Virus record (IMG/VR): IMGVR_UViG_3300049043_000188
Span: 56,673-120,672 of that record
Reading direction: 5' to 3' (one strand)
Origin: a virus
DNA: 64,000 bases
A program made the translations under genes and the position numbers. Below, piece after piece: positions 23,348 through 33,588 of the stretch. Under the pieces are notes generated by a model. It saw nothing but the letters and a program-made list of their open reading frames with translations, was not told where the DNA came from and searched no databases. Positions within the stretch are counted from its first letter, which is position 1. Each line of letters begins with the position of its first letter.

Positions 23348-23569
23348 ATGAAAACGTTTCAAGAATTTATGGTAGAATCTGGAGATTGGTGGCATCCAGA
23401 TCCAGAAAAAGATAAACTTATGCCTGGAAGAGGTCCAAAACTTCGTGCTAAAGAAGATCGTGGACAATCAACTTCAGCACAAACAAAACCTGATTACAGC
23501 AATCGTTTAAAACCAGGAGAAACTTATATGGATTTTGCAAGACGTAAAGCAAAGAGGTGGTTGAAATGA
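23348..23569 (+). CDS. small protein with T4-type capsid-targeting sequence (MKTFQEFMVE)
   Basis: 73-aa ORF; late-promoter-like CTAAATA at 23321-23327. Confidence 0.7.
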   Translation: MKTFQEFMVESGDWWHPDPEKDKLMPGRGPKLRAKEDRGQSTSAQTKPDYSNRLKPGETYMDFARRKAKRWLK

Positions 23570-23751
23570 AAACTAAATTTCCATTTGAGCACGTTGTTAA
23601 AATTGATACTAAAGAAGTTTGGGTAAAATGTGATAGTGCTATTACTGCGATGGGAATTGGTGCTATAGTAGAAAAATACTATCCTGGTTACAAAGGACAC
23701 ATTGGTAGTAAAGAATATCTGGAGACACTCAGAAACCAGTTGGTAAACTGA
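23566..23751 (+). CDS. hypothetical protein
   Basis: MKTKFPFEHVVK...; ATGA overlap with the previous gene. Confidence 0.65.
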   Translation: MKTKFPFEHVVKIDTKEVWVKCDSAITAMGIGAIVEKYYPGYKGHIGSKEYLETLRNQLVN

Positions 23752-23818
23752 CCACAGGGAGTCCTTGAGACTCCTTTTTTGTCTTATAATGACTTCAGTT
23801 GAAACAAACAATTTAATT

Positions 23819-24922
23819 ATGTCTCGCACTCAAATGACCGACGATCAAATTCTAAATGATCTTAAAAACACTTTCGGCACAGAATTCGTTGCTGCTGATG
23901 TTCGTGGTTATTGTGCCTCTAAAAATATTTCATATCAAACGGTTACAAAACGTCTTGATAATTTTAAAGTCGGTCGTGGAAAATGGAATCTTGAAGTAAC
24001 TCAGAAAAAAGTAGAAGAAATCGAACGCACTTTTCAAGCACCTGCAGTGATTCCTCCCGTAGAACAAAAACTTATTCCCGAAAAAGATGATACCTTCGTC
24101 AAGTTTGGTAACTTTAACGATATTAAAAAAATTATTCAGTCCCGTCTCTTTTATCCTACGTTCATTACGGGTCTTTCGGGTAATGGTAAAACGTTCAGTG
24201 TGGAGCAAGCTTGCGCTCAACTGAATCGGGAACTGATTCGTGTCAATATTACGATTGAGACTGATGAAGATGATCTGATTGGTGGTTTCCGTCTTGTGAA
24301 TGGCGAAACTGCCTGGCACAATGGTCCTGTGATTGAAGCACTTGAGCGTGGTGCAATTCTGCTTCTTGATGAGATTGACCTGGCATCCAACAAAATCCTT
24401 TGTCTGCAATCTGTCCTGGAAGGTAAAGGTGTTTTCCTGAAAAAGATTGGTCGGTTCGTAAAACCCGCTGCTGGTTTCAATGTGATTCGCCACTGCAAAT
24501 ACCAAAGGTAAAGGTTCAGACGATGGTAGGTTCATCGGAACTAACGTGCTTAATGAAGCATTCCTTGAAAGGTTTCCTGTGACATTTGAGCAATCCTATC
24601 CTGCTCCTGCAACCGAACAGAAGATTCTTGAAGGCGTTGCTCTGGATCTTGGTGTGGAGGATCGTGACTTCTGCAAGACGCCTTGGTTGATTGGGCGGAC
24701 GTGATCCGTAAAACGTTCTATGATGGTGGTATTGAAGAAATCATCAGCACACGTCGCCTGGTTCATATCATTCGTGCATATAGTATTTTTGGTGATAAAG
24801 CAAAGGCAATCCAGGTGTGTGTCAATCGTTTTGATGATGAAACCAAGCAATCGTTCTTGGAACTCTATGATAAGATTGATGTTGACTTCCAACTTCCTGT
24901 TGACGAACAGCAAGCAAACTGA
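23819..24922 (+). CDS. cobS: CobS/MoxR-like AAA+ ATPase (frameshifts at about 24490 and 24680)
   Basis: [51 protein letters not shown]. Confidence 0.92.
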
Positions 24923-24928
24923 TATAAT
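24900..24928 (+). promoter_or_regulatory. sigma70-type promoter TTGACG-17-TATAAT (extended TG)
   Basis: -35 at 24900-24905, -10 at 24923-24928. Confidence 0.7.
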
Positions 24929-24930
24929 AT

Positions 24931-24958
24931 GAGGAGGTAAATGTGCCTCCTCTTTTTT
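24931..24958 (+). terminator. Rho-independent terminator after cobS
   Basis: GAGGAGG-N8-CCTCCTC followed by T6. Confidence 0.75.
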
Positions 24959-24969
24959 GTTCTTTTACT

Positions 24970-25482
24970 ATGAAATTTATGTCCGAAAATTTTGAAAGCA
25001 CTTATGAAAATTCAATTCCCCGTCAAGACTTTTGGGAAAATGACGGTATTAGTCTGACTGGAAACCCTTATGCTTCTCCAGATACTATTGTTTTTAGTGG
25101 ATCTCGTCTTCCTGGTGGTATGGGAGAAGATCACATCTCATTTAATCCAACGTTTAATGTTAAAGTTCCAGACAATAACAACAACTTCTGGAAGTTTGGA
25201 GAAGATAAAACACTGAAAGCAGTTGAAGAATATATTAAGAGCACCTACAATTCTCATTATGCATCGGAGAATTCAAAGGTTCAAGTTCTTGATATTATTG
25301 ATGCAATTGGTGATGGTGTTCCTTTCTGCCGTGACAACCTCATCAAGTACTCCTCTCGTTTTGGTAAAAAGGATGGAATGTCTAAACTTGATGCTCTGAA
25401 AATCATTCACTACGGTATTCTTCTGTATCACTTTGCTGGATTTAATAATGAAACTGCGAAATCAAACTATGAAACTTTCTGA
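24970..25482 (+). CDS. conserved cyanophage protein, DUF3310-like C-terminal domain
   Basis: YIKSTYNSHY..FCRDNLIKYSSRFGKK..DALKIIHY. Confidence 0.7.
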   Translation: MKFMSENFESTYENSIPRQDFWENDGISLTGNPYASPDTIVFSGSRLPGGMGEDHISFNPTFNVKVPDNNNNFWKFGEDKTLKAVEEYIKSTYNSHYASENSKVQVLDIIDAIGDGVPFCRDNLIKYSSRFGKKDGMSKLDALKIIHYGILLYHFAGFNNETAKSNYETF

Positions 25483-26134
25483 CAAGACTCTCTCTGTTTT
25501 AAAAAACTTTTCTTCGATTAATCAGTCGATTCTTTTTAAACAGGGAAATAAACTTCGCACAATCAGTGTGATGAAGAATATTCTTGCAGAAGCAACAATC
25601 ACGGAAGAGTTTTCTAAAGACTTTGGTATCTATGATTTGAACCAATTTCTTAACGGATTGAATCTACATAAAACACCAGAACTGGATTTTGGTAATGATG
25701 GATATGTGGTTATCAAAGAAGGTAAGTCTCGTTCTAAATATTTCTTTGCAGACCCAAGTGTTATCATCACTCCCCCTGATAAAGCAATCAATCTTCCTAG
25801 TGAAGATGTTTGTTTTGAGTTGAGTACTGAGCAACTTGATAAACTTCTTAAAGCAGCAGCAGTCTATCAACTTCCTGATATTTCTGCGGTTGGTGAAGCA
25901 GGTGTAGTTAAACTGGTGGTTCGTGATAAGAAGAACGATACTTCTAATGATTTTGCAGTTGTTGTTGGAGAGACTGATTCTAAATTTGTCTTCAATTTCA
26001 AAGTAGAAAATATCAAAGTTCTTCCTGGAACTTATGAAGTGGTAGTGTCACAAAAACTTTTGTCACGTTTTACCTCCAAGAACCACGATCTGGTGTATTA
26101 TATTGCTCTAGAACCAGATAGTCAATTTGAATGA
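25469..26134 (+). CDS. gp45: sliding clamp
   Basis: MKLSDKTLSVLKNFSSINQSI, FGIYDLNQFL, YYIALEPDS. Confidence 0.96.
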   Translation: MKLSDKTLSVLKNFSSINQSILFKQGNKLRTISVMKNILAEATITEEFSKDFGIYDLNQFLNGLNLHKTPELDFGNDGYVVIKEGKSRSKYFFADPSVIITPPDKAINLPSEDVCFELSTEQLDKLLKAAAVYQLPDISAVGEAGVVKLVVRDKKNDTSNDFAVVVGETDSKFVFNFKVENIKVLPGTYEVVVSQKLLSRFTSKNHDLVYYIALEPDSQFE

Positions 26135-26186
26135 ACATTTGTAAGTATTCTTTTTATAAATAATTATGTAGTTAGAATGTAAGCAG

Positions 26187-26318
26187 ATGTATTGTTTGGA
26201 ATGTAATTCTACTCTTGGCAAAAGACAAAAAAAGTTTTGCTCTCTGTAAATGCATGAATGTACATAACGCAAGAGAATTCGGTATGAAAGCATAGAGAAG
26301 AAAAACCAAACAGATACA
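26187..26318 (+). CDS. truncated Zn-finger ORF, possibly the N-terminus of a free-standing endonuclease
   Basis: MYCLECNSTLGKRQKKFCS(C)KC with read indels; TATAAATA at 26155-26162; cut by the read end. Confidence 0.45.
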
Positions 26319-26352
26319 AGCAATACTATGCGTGTTAAACATTTACGTATTG
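26319..26352. other. ONT adapter junction ending the cyanophage read
   Basis: AGCAATAC...TTACGTATTG. Confidence 0.85.
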
Positions 26353-27185
26353 ATGCTCTATGAATATGTGATATGTCTTATATTGAGTGTGCCTGTGAAC
26401 TGGGGCTGGAATTTGGCGCAGAATGAGTCAACGGCTGGATCTGGACCAAAGCCCTCAGTTTGTTCGAACGGAGATGTTGCCGCCTTCGTATTTGAAGGAA
26501 TCTGGATCACACTATAGAATTCTGAAACGTGGTTTCGAAATGCAGGCGTCTCCGCAGTGCCGCCATCATGTGGCCATCAATGCTCAGGTGCAAGTTTGCA
26601 GGAGCCAGACTGAAGCAAACTATGAATACTGGGAGCACGTCATGCCTCATGCCATCAAACTGTGGAAACAACAAGGCTCAGGAGGTTAAAACCTGGCTGC
26701 AGTGAGACACAAAAAAAATAACAAACCACTTTATGGTTCTTAAAGGTTTGTTCTATTCAAATGTAATCTGTGGGTTAAGTGCAGAGGAAGCTGGCAACAT
26801 TGTTTTAACCTCATCTCCCTAGCACTTGTTTGAAGCCTGGTAGCTCTTAAGTTTACAAACTGCATCGGCATAGTCTGCTGAGTTGGTCAAGAGTTGTAGG
26901 TGTTAGATTATCAATATTTGTGAAAGTTCTTGGGTCATACATACGTATAAGTAATGGTAAAATTTCTGAGTATACGTAACTGAACGGGGAGCATTGTAGT
27001 TTGGGTGGTGTATTGCCCTATGTGTCTAGTAGCCTGTTGTCATGAGCATGTCTGGCAGGTTCGACATGATGCGAGCTGCCATCCCGATGACGAGCAGCGG
27101 TCCCAGGAGTCTTGGCGAGCCAACGACGACTCATCCCAGTGCTTCATCCAAAGGGGTGAGAGAGCCGTGCAGGGTCAAGATGCTC

Positions 27186-27239
27186 AGCAATACGTAACTG
27201 AACGAAGTACGTGCACATAAAACCATCTTACGTATTGCT
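27186..27239. other. ONT adapter junction (back-to-back)
   Basis: AGCAATACGTAACTGAACGAAGTAC...TTACGTATTGCT. Confidence 0.97.
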
Positions 27240-27436
27240 ACAACAACAACAACAACAGCAGCGATAGCAGCAAGAAGAGCATGAAGAAGAACAGGAAACA
27301 ATCGAGAACAATAACAAAAGCAAAACCAACAACCAACATCAGAAACAAATGCCAAAAACAGGCCCGAACACAAGAACACTAGCAACAACAACAATAACAA
27401 CAACAAGAGGAACAAAAACAGTAGGATCAACACCAC
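27240..27436. repeat. degenerate (CAA)n low-complexity short read
   Basis: ACAACAACAAC... between two adapter junctions. Confidence 0.8.
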
Positions 27437-27487
27437 AGCAATACGTAACTGAACGAAGACTTACAGAAGATTTAGTTACGTATTGCT
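27437..27487. other. ONT adapter junction
   Basis: AGCAATACGTAACTGAACGAAG...TTACGTATTGCT. Confidence 0.97.
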
Positions 27488-29066
27488 CAAATTGATAGAT
27501 CCGTAGCTGTAATCCAACGAGCTCGGAGACAAGTTGAAATCCATATTCTTTATAAGCTGAACAAGGACAGAATGCATCTTCTTCGGCATATTTAAGAGAA
27601 GAGGCCCCAAAAACAAAAGCTATGCCTTGACAATAGCCTGTGTCTGGATCGTGAATTGGCAAATGCCTTCAGCACATTAAATAAAGACTGTTGGCCTGGT
27701 CCATTTACTTCCCTAAAATGAGGATGGGTGGGAAAGTTCTTGTCAAATCCCTCTGAATGATCTTTTCATCCTTGGGCGAAGAGCGTGTTAAGAGAGACCT
27801 GTACATGGTGGCATAGCGTTTGGTTTTCCCTTGCACATGAGTTGCCACATCAGACCACGAAGAGTATCTGGGATGCCTCTAGAAAGCTGGACTGTGAAAT
27901 ACTTTGGCTGCTTGCGAATAGTACCCTCGTAGTCAAGTACCACCCAGAATTCTATGGATATTATACAGTTGCTTAAAAAAACAAAAAAATATTATTTTGG
28001 AAAACTAATGAATCCCAGTCAATTTCCCCATCATGAGAGTAAATCTCCAACTAGATTGTCTTTCAAGAACTGAAAAGCCGATTGTAATTGACCGTTATCA
28101 CCAACGAGATTCCGTTTTGGGAGTGGGGCTTATTTAATGATGTAGATGTTTCCAATCTAGAAAGGACAAAGGCGCTCTCTGGGTCCTCTTCTTCTTTAGG
28201 AGGTGACGATACGGGGGTTGTCGCAAAAATTGACTCGCGACCTCCCCGACCAAAAATGTTGAGGGCAGGAAAAGCTGACGCCTTTCTACCTTGCTGAGGC
28301 TGTTGTCGAGCTGCTGAGGAGGGATCTGAATGAGGCCGTTGCTATGGTGCAGATGATAAGTTATGGGAGACCGAGACGTTACAGGTGGGGTAGTAAATCG
28401 GGGCGATATTACCGATTGCCGTTTTATGACTGCTTCGGGAACTCTTTCTGTGGGGTGGAGGCGGTGGAGGTGAATTCTTTGATGCGACGTTGATTTTAAT
28501 ACGGGTGGACTAGTTAAGAGGATCATTGGTAGCGTCAAAGAAGACTGAAGACTCTAAGGATTCCAATCTCTTTACTTTGCAAGGTTTCTTCACCTTCATC
28601 TTCTTCTCAGAAATAGTGGCCTTTGCACCAGAACTCCCAACAGAGCCACTAGATCGATTTGAGACTGTCCTAGCAGTTGTGACAATCAGAGAGCCGCGAA
28701 TGGATCCATTCCTAACCTTGCCCACCCATGATCCACCAGGTGTGTTTTTACTCGAGTCATCAAACTCGTCCTCGTCTTCTTCATTTTCGTTGGAATTTTC
28801 TTCGTTTAGTCTATCTGGAAGATCCTGAAAGGCCTCTTCCTGTACTTCTTCCACTGGGTAATCATGTCTGATGTCGTCGGCAAACTGACGCTTGACGGAG
28901 AGCTTTTTTGACTCTGTGGAGGCTCAATCTGAACACCTGAATCCACAGGTTGCTCTCTTCCCTTTGCTGAGTAGCTCACAGGAGATGTCTGAAAATTAGA
29001 GACAAAATTTGGACTGAGCTGGGACATTTTTCTGGATGAGGGTCTTCGTTTTACTCTCTAGTCGCA
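27488..29066 (-). CDS. eukaryotic (fungal-type) TBC-domain Rab GTPase-activating protein, Gyp5/EVI5-like, partial
   Basis: Minus strand: GIPDTLRGLMWQLM, IQRDLTRTF (27738-27758, IxxDxxR finger), LFNVLKAF, GYCQG (27624-27638, YxQ finger); long Ser-rich N-terminus; probable short intron at about 27970-28010. Confidence 0.8.
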
Positions 29067-29356
29067 TGGGTTCAATCACCGTTGCCGGTGTCGCTTCTCC
29101 GTTAGTCTCTACAACTGCGGTATCCGAGTCTCATCCCCTGCTCACGAGATTGACTTGACTGCTCTTTCTAATACAAAAAAAAAATCAATATATATCAGAG
29201 AGAGAGAGACATTTGGGTTTGAGGAAATTTTAAAGATTTAGAGTTGAAAAGTTACAATTGAAAATAATAGAGCAAACAAGCAAAATTCAACTCCTTCGCT
29301 ACCTCTTTCGAAGTCTTCAACTGGATTCTTGTCCTTTCGAGTCTCTTTCAATTGTA

Positions 29357-29392
<36 letters not shown>

Positions 29393-29716
29393 ATACTTTG
29401 ATTCACTTGGTTCAAATTCAGAGGGTCTTGCTGACTCATAGAATGACTTACATGATCTATCTGTACTTCCTTTCAACCACAAGGGAATTTTTATATTTTC
29501 AAAAACAAGGCGTGCAAATTATAATGTATCAAAATAAAAATTGTAGACACTCTTTGACAATGAAATCGTTCTTCAAATGTTGACGTCTGAATAACCAATG
29601 CATGATTCAGCATGGAAGAAGCAATATGTACTTGAAATTTTACCGATTTGTCCAAGATCTGACACCCTTGAAGATCCCTGGTATTCCAGAATTTGAACAG
29701 ATTGGTACAATTTAAT

Positions 29717-30072
29717 ACCCCCCCCTAATACACACACCCAGATTATATCCTAATATCTTGAACACCCACACCCCCACACCCCTAACCACACCCCTAACCA
29801 CACCCACACTCACACCCTGCACCCCTCCTACACCCACACCCAACACCCCACACCCACACCCACAGTCAACAGATTCCTAGACCCAGAATCTAGATCCTAG
29901 ACCCAGACCACCCACCCACCCACCCCACACTCCACACTCAGAATTGCACACCCCTGTCACACTCCTAAATTCATACCCACAGTCACACCCCAACAGCCAC
30001 ACCCATATCTGACACTCATACCCCCCCACACCCCAACACCCCCACACTTACCCCACACCCTTACCCACACCC
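29717..30072. repeat. degenerate (ACACCC)n C/A-rich low-complexity tract
   Basis: Visible repeat at the end of a read, probably low-quality basecalls. Confidence 0.7.
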
Positions 30073-30119
30073 AGCAATACTGAAACTGAACCAAGGCCCA
30101 TTCCTGGTTACTGATTGCT
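30073..30119. other. ONT adapter junction (degenerate)
   Basis: AGCAATACTGAAACTGAAC...TTACTGATTGCT. Confidence 0.85.
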
Positions 30120-31249
30120 CACATTGACCGAAGCTCAGCACCGACTCGGTCCACCTTGAGGTACGATGAACGCCGAATTGGCTATCATGGACGAAGTGTG
30201 ATTCGAGACCTGCACGAAGTTGGCCTCAACCGTGGAAGATCGACTAGAACCTTGCGAAGAGTTGCGAGACGTGTCGCAGTTCGAGTCCATTCCGGACCTT
30301 CCCTTTGCGGGTCTTGTTTTGGAGAACCAGACAGTCTTGGGTCCTCCATAGAAACCCAACATCGATTGCCTGCACTCTGCATTGGCTTTCTGCAGCTTCG
30401 CGATCGACTCGTTGCAGACACCTAACCTCGGACTATACCCTGATATTGTTGCTCGAGCATTCTGGGCAGCAGTACTAACCCAACCAACACCAAGTTACGA
30501 TTGCTTTGCAACACCGACCACAGGGACTTGAAGTTAAGTACGGCGGGCACGTTGTTGCACATGTCGGACGTAGATTGGGTCGATTGTCGGTGACGCGGAC
30601 GTCGTCGAGTTGGAGGTCATCGTGGAGCCTCTAGCGGCGGGATGTGGCAGGAGGCCGTCGAAGAATCCTAGGGCGCAGCAGGGGCATCGCTGCGACCGCA
30701 ACCGCACGGGAAGAAAGACACACATTGAAGCCTCCTTGGTGCAAGCTCTGGCTCCTGACAATCGAAAATCAAAATTCTGCTATCAAGAGTAAACATTTTG
30801 ATTCTTTCTTACAAAGATATCAAAGTATAAACAATTAAGTAAATTCAAAAACAACAAGAAACAAGCAACAAGAAATGTATATAAACCCCGCCAAGCCCAG
30901 ACGCCCGCCAGCGAGACACCAAGTCCAAACCTCCCGCCCGCCTTTTTATGGGTTCAGCAGAAAATATATCCTCGCGGGAAGATTCCTCGCTGGAATTTGT
31001 CCGACTGCGGAACGTCGCGCAGTCGGTGTGCCTTTCGCATTGTCCCTCTTGGCGAACCGCCAAGTACAGCGCAGTCGTTGTGCACACCCTTGGCGAAGCG
31101 CCAAGACGCGGCCAGTCGTTGCACCGTGCTGCGTGCCACCATCCGCCGTGGCGCGGGATGCCTTCGCGGGGCAAGGCTGCCACGCCGCCGACCCTACCGC
31201 CCGCATCTTCGCTACAACACGGCGGAGCCGAACAGTCGCCGTTCGCGCT

Positions 31250-31721
31250 GACGGTCCAGCAGCAGCCGGGGCTCCTCATGCACCTCAACCGCATCAGGGT
31301 CTCAAGGTCTAACCGCAACTACGTGAAGGGCCAGTCGATGCCGCTCGGCTGGACGAACTTCCGCCGTGGCGACTCCATCGCCTTCAAGACCACGCGCAGC
31401 TCCGCACGTCGTCGCGCTCCAGCGCTACGTCAACGACTCCATCAAGGGCACCTACGGCGAGGATCACCGCTGGTCTTCGCTCATGATCAACCGCAACACG
31501 GACAGCGAGGTGCACGTCGACCGCTACAACAAGAACATGAACGCTCGGCATCGTCGTGGGCATCAACATGGGCGAGGGCGAGGGCGAGCTGCGCGGGGTG
31601 GAAGGGCACGTTCAGGAGCTGCTGCCCGCAGCAACGTCGTGGTCGCGGGCGTCAACCCCTCGTCGGTGCTCCTCGCCGCCCCGAACCACATGGTCATGTT
31701 CGACCCGCTCGCGCCCCACTG
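31250..31721 (+). CDS. 2OG-Fe(II) dioxygenase-like domain (TET/JBP-type), partial and frameshifted
   Basis: WSSLMINRN..EVHVDRYN (HxD at 31513-31521), GEGEL, MVMFDPLAPH (distal His); cut by the adapter. Confidence 0.5.
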
Positions 31722-31769
31722 AGCAACACGTAACTTAACGAGTACGTGCATAAACAGTTACGTATTGCT
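31722..31769. other. ONT adapter junction
   Basis: AGCAACACGTAACT...TTACGTATTGCT. Confidence 0.93.
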
Positions 31770-31843
31770 ACCGATTCAATGGTTATTCATAGCATTGACG
31801 AAACACTTACTTTAAATGACATTTACGATGGCATTTTCAATGA
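31770..31843 (+). CDS. C-terminal end of a possible Uma2-family endonuclease
   Basis: ..MVIHSIDETLTLNDIYDGIFQ*, with ATGA overlap into the next gene. Confidence 0.4.
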
Positions 31844-32530
31844 CGGATGAAATTAGAATTCAACGCGCGATCAATCAATTTTCTAGCGGCGCTTTGAGGA
31901 GATGCACTCACGCTATTTGAAGAATTGGGCTATCAAAGCTCGCGTACTTCTTGATGTACCCGTTGATAACGTTTTACTCAGTTTCGATCACAAAATGCGT
32001 TATGTTCGGAGTGGAACGACGCGCCTTTTTTGTTTCAACTGACAGAGGAGAATTTAAGCAATATCAAATCATTGCCAACTGATGTTGAAGGCACAATTAT
32101 TGAGTCGTATCTATTTGTAGCCATTGAATTAAAAGAATCTTTTTACTCTCGGACAAAGTTGGTTGAAGATTACGCGAGAACTCAACAAAAAAAGCAATCA
32201 ACCTGTTTTGATTTTATTCAAACATGGCGACACGCTAACGTTATCCGTGATTCACCGCCGACTGCATAAACGTGACGAAAGCCGTGATGTTTTAGAAAAA
32301 GTCACGTTGCTTAAAGATATTCGTATTAAAAATACCCATCGGGCGCATCTGATATTTTAGAAAGTTTGGCTTTTGAAAATTTAAAACCTACACCTACAAA
32401 TTTCGTTGAACTGCACAATGCTTGGCAAACTGTTTTAGATACCAAAACACTCAACAAACAATTCTACAAAGAATTATCACAATGGTATTTTTGGGCAATG
32501 AAGGAAGTTTATTTTCCTAACACTGAAGGA
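31840..32530 (+). pseudogene. N-terminus of a type IIG (Eco57I-like) restriction-modification enzyme, truncated by an IS
   Basis: ESYLFVAIELK..ITRELNK..PVLILFKHG..RRLHKRDESRDVLEKVTLLKDI..NFVELHNAWQTVLDTKTLNKQFYKELSQWYFWA, stopping at the IS end. Confidence 0.7.
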
Positions 32531-33309
32531 GGTGTTCCAAGTAGTGTATGTAATCTAGCATAACCAAATTCATGACGATTAATGAATAATCCGAATACGA
32601 TAGTGTGCATCAAAAATGTTTTAGAAAAACAAATCGTTTGTCTTGCGAGTCGTTTGATGCGAGTGCGGAAAGTAAGGTGTTTAGATTCAATACGTTGTGT
32701 GTTTTTCTTTCCAAGAATATGCTTTTCATTTTTTTGTGGATGACGACTATATGCTCCCCAAGCATCAGTATACAATCGTTTGATTCCAAAAGGTTTTAAT
32801 AACTTTCTTAATTGTTTATAGACAGCATCTTTTCTTCGACCAAATACATAGGCAAGCAATTTCCCAGTTCGATGATCAATAGCGTGCCACAACCAGCATT
32901 GTTCCTCTTTTTTTCCAACAAAACTCCACATTTCATCGATTTCGGCTTCCTCTATTTTGACCATTTTTGGATAGAGTTCTTTTAATTCCCGTTGAGTTAA
33001 CGATTCTAAATAGGGCTTGTTTACTTGAATTAGCTTACTTTTCTGCTGTTTCAATCGATCAATCACTGTCATCGGGCTAATTTTTAACACTCGAGACGTA
33101 TCTCTAATTCCTGAACTATTGATTGCCATATCGATGATTTGATTCGTCATCCAGTTATATTTTGCTTGATAGATATATTCAAGTTGAAACGTTTTTGTTT
33201 GACAAAACGTGTTCCGACACAAAAATCTTTCATTTCCCTTTACATCATGACCGTGTCTGACAACTTCTGTTTTCTTGCAATGCGGACATTTTACTAAAAT
33301 TGTTGCCAT
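32509..33309 (-). CDS. IS1-family transposase (InsA-InsB fused in one frame)
   Basis: N-terminal CPHC zinc finger, HTH SGIRDTSRVLKIS, DDE motifs DEMWSFVG..YTDAWGAY..TQRIE..RLARQTICFSK. Confidence 0.93.
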   Translation of the reverse strand: MATILVKCPHCKKTEVVRHGHDVKGNERFLCRNTFCQTKTFQLEYIYQAKYNWMTNQIIDMAINSSGIRDTSRVLKISPMTVIDRLKQQKSKLIQVNKPYLESLTQRELKELYPKMVKIEEAEIDEMWSFVGKKEEQCWLWHAIDHRTGKLLAYVFGRRKDAVYKQLRKLLKPFGIKRLYTDAWGAYSRHPQKNEKHILGKKNTQRIESKHLTFRTRIKRLARQTICFSKTFLMHTIVFGLFINRHEFGYARLHTLLGTPPSVLGK

Positions 33310-33362
33310 TTAAATTTTCTTCAAATGCTGTAATTTTATCTCACCCACAAATTTGGAACACC
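32531..33362 (-). mobile_element. IS1-family insertion sequence
   Basis: Terminal inverted repeats GGTGTTCCAA (32531-32540) and TTGGAACACC (33353-33362) bracket the transposase. Confidence 0.85.
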
Positions 33363-33585
33363 TCCCTTCAATGAGATAGTCAATAAAAATGTTATTGATG
33401 ACAATGACGCTGGCGTTGTCATATTCCTCAATCAAATAATAATTACCCGTCACACCGTCAAAATTCAATTCGTAATCAGGAACAGTGTCGCCAATGTAGT
33501 AATTACTTAAACCGCAACCGCAGTGGAGTTTTTTGGTTTGAATTTCTTTGCCTTCTTTGGTGTAAAAGCTATCGAACATGCCCCA
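33363..33585 (-). pseudogene. hypothetical protein truncated at the IS end
   Basis: MGMFDSFYTKEGKEIQTK... runs into the IS inverted repeat. Confidence 0.5.
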
Positions 33586-33588
33586 TTT

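Noticed and set aside
2159-24922. Split gp17, gp18, gp22, uvsY, gp55, gp46, peptidase and cobS as programmed frameshifts, introns or pseudogenes
   Set aside because: These are essential or conserved genes broken by single-base indels, often in homopolymers, with no inserted sequence; consistent with raw-read error as seen in the control strand.
26353-27185. Short ORFs in small reads (also 30120-30467, 36367-36690, 37013-37629, 42043-42333)
   Set aside because: Fragments too short or error-rich; no family recognised.
29717-30072. C/A-rich tract with a few CCCTAA units as a telomere
   Set aside because: It is highly degenerate, and a C-rich strand at the 3' end of a read is the wrong polarity for a chromosome end; more likely low-quality basecalling.
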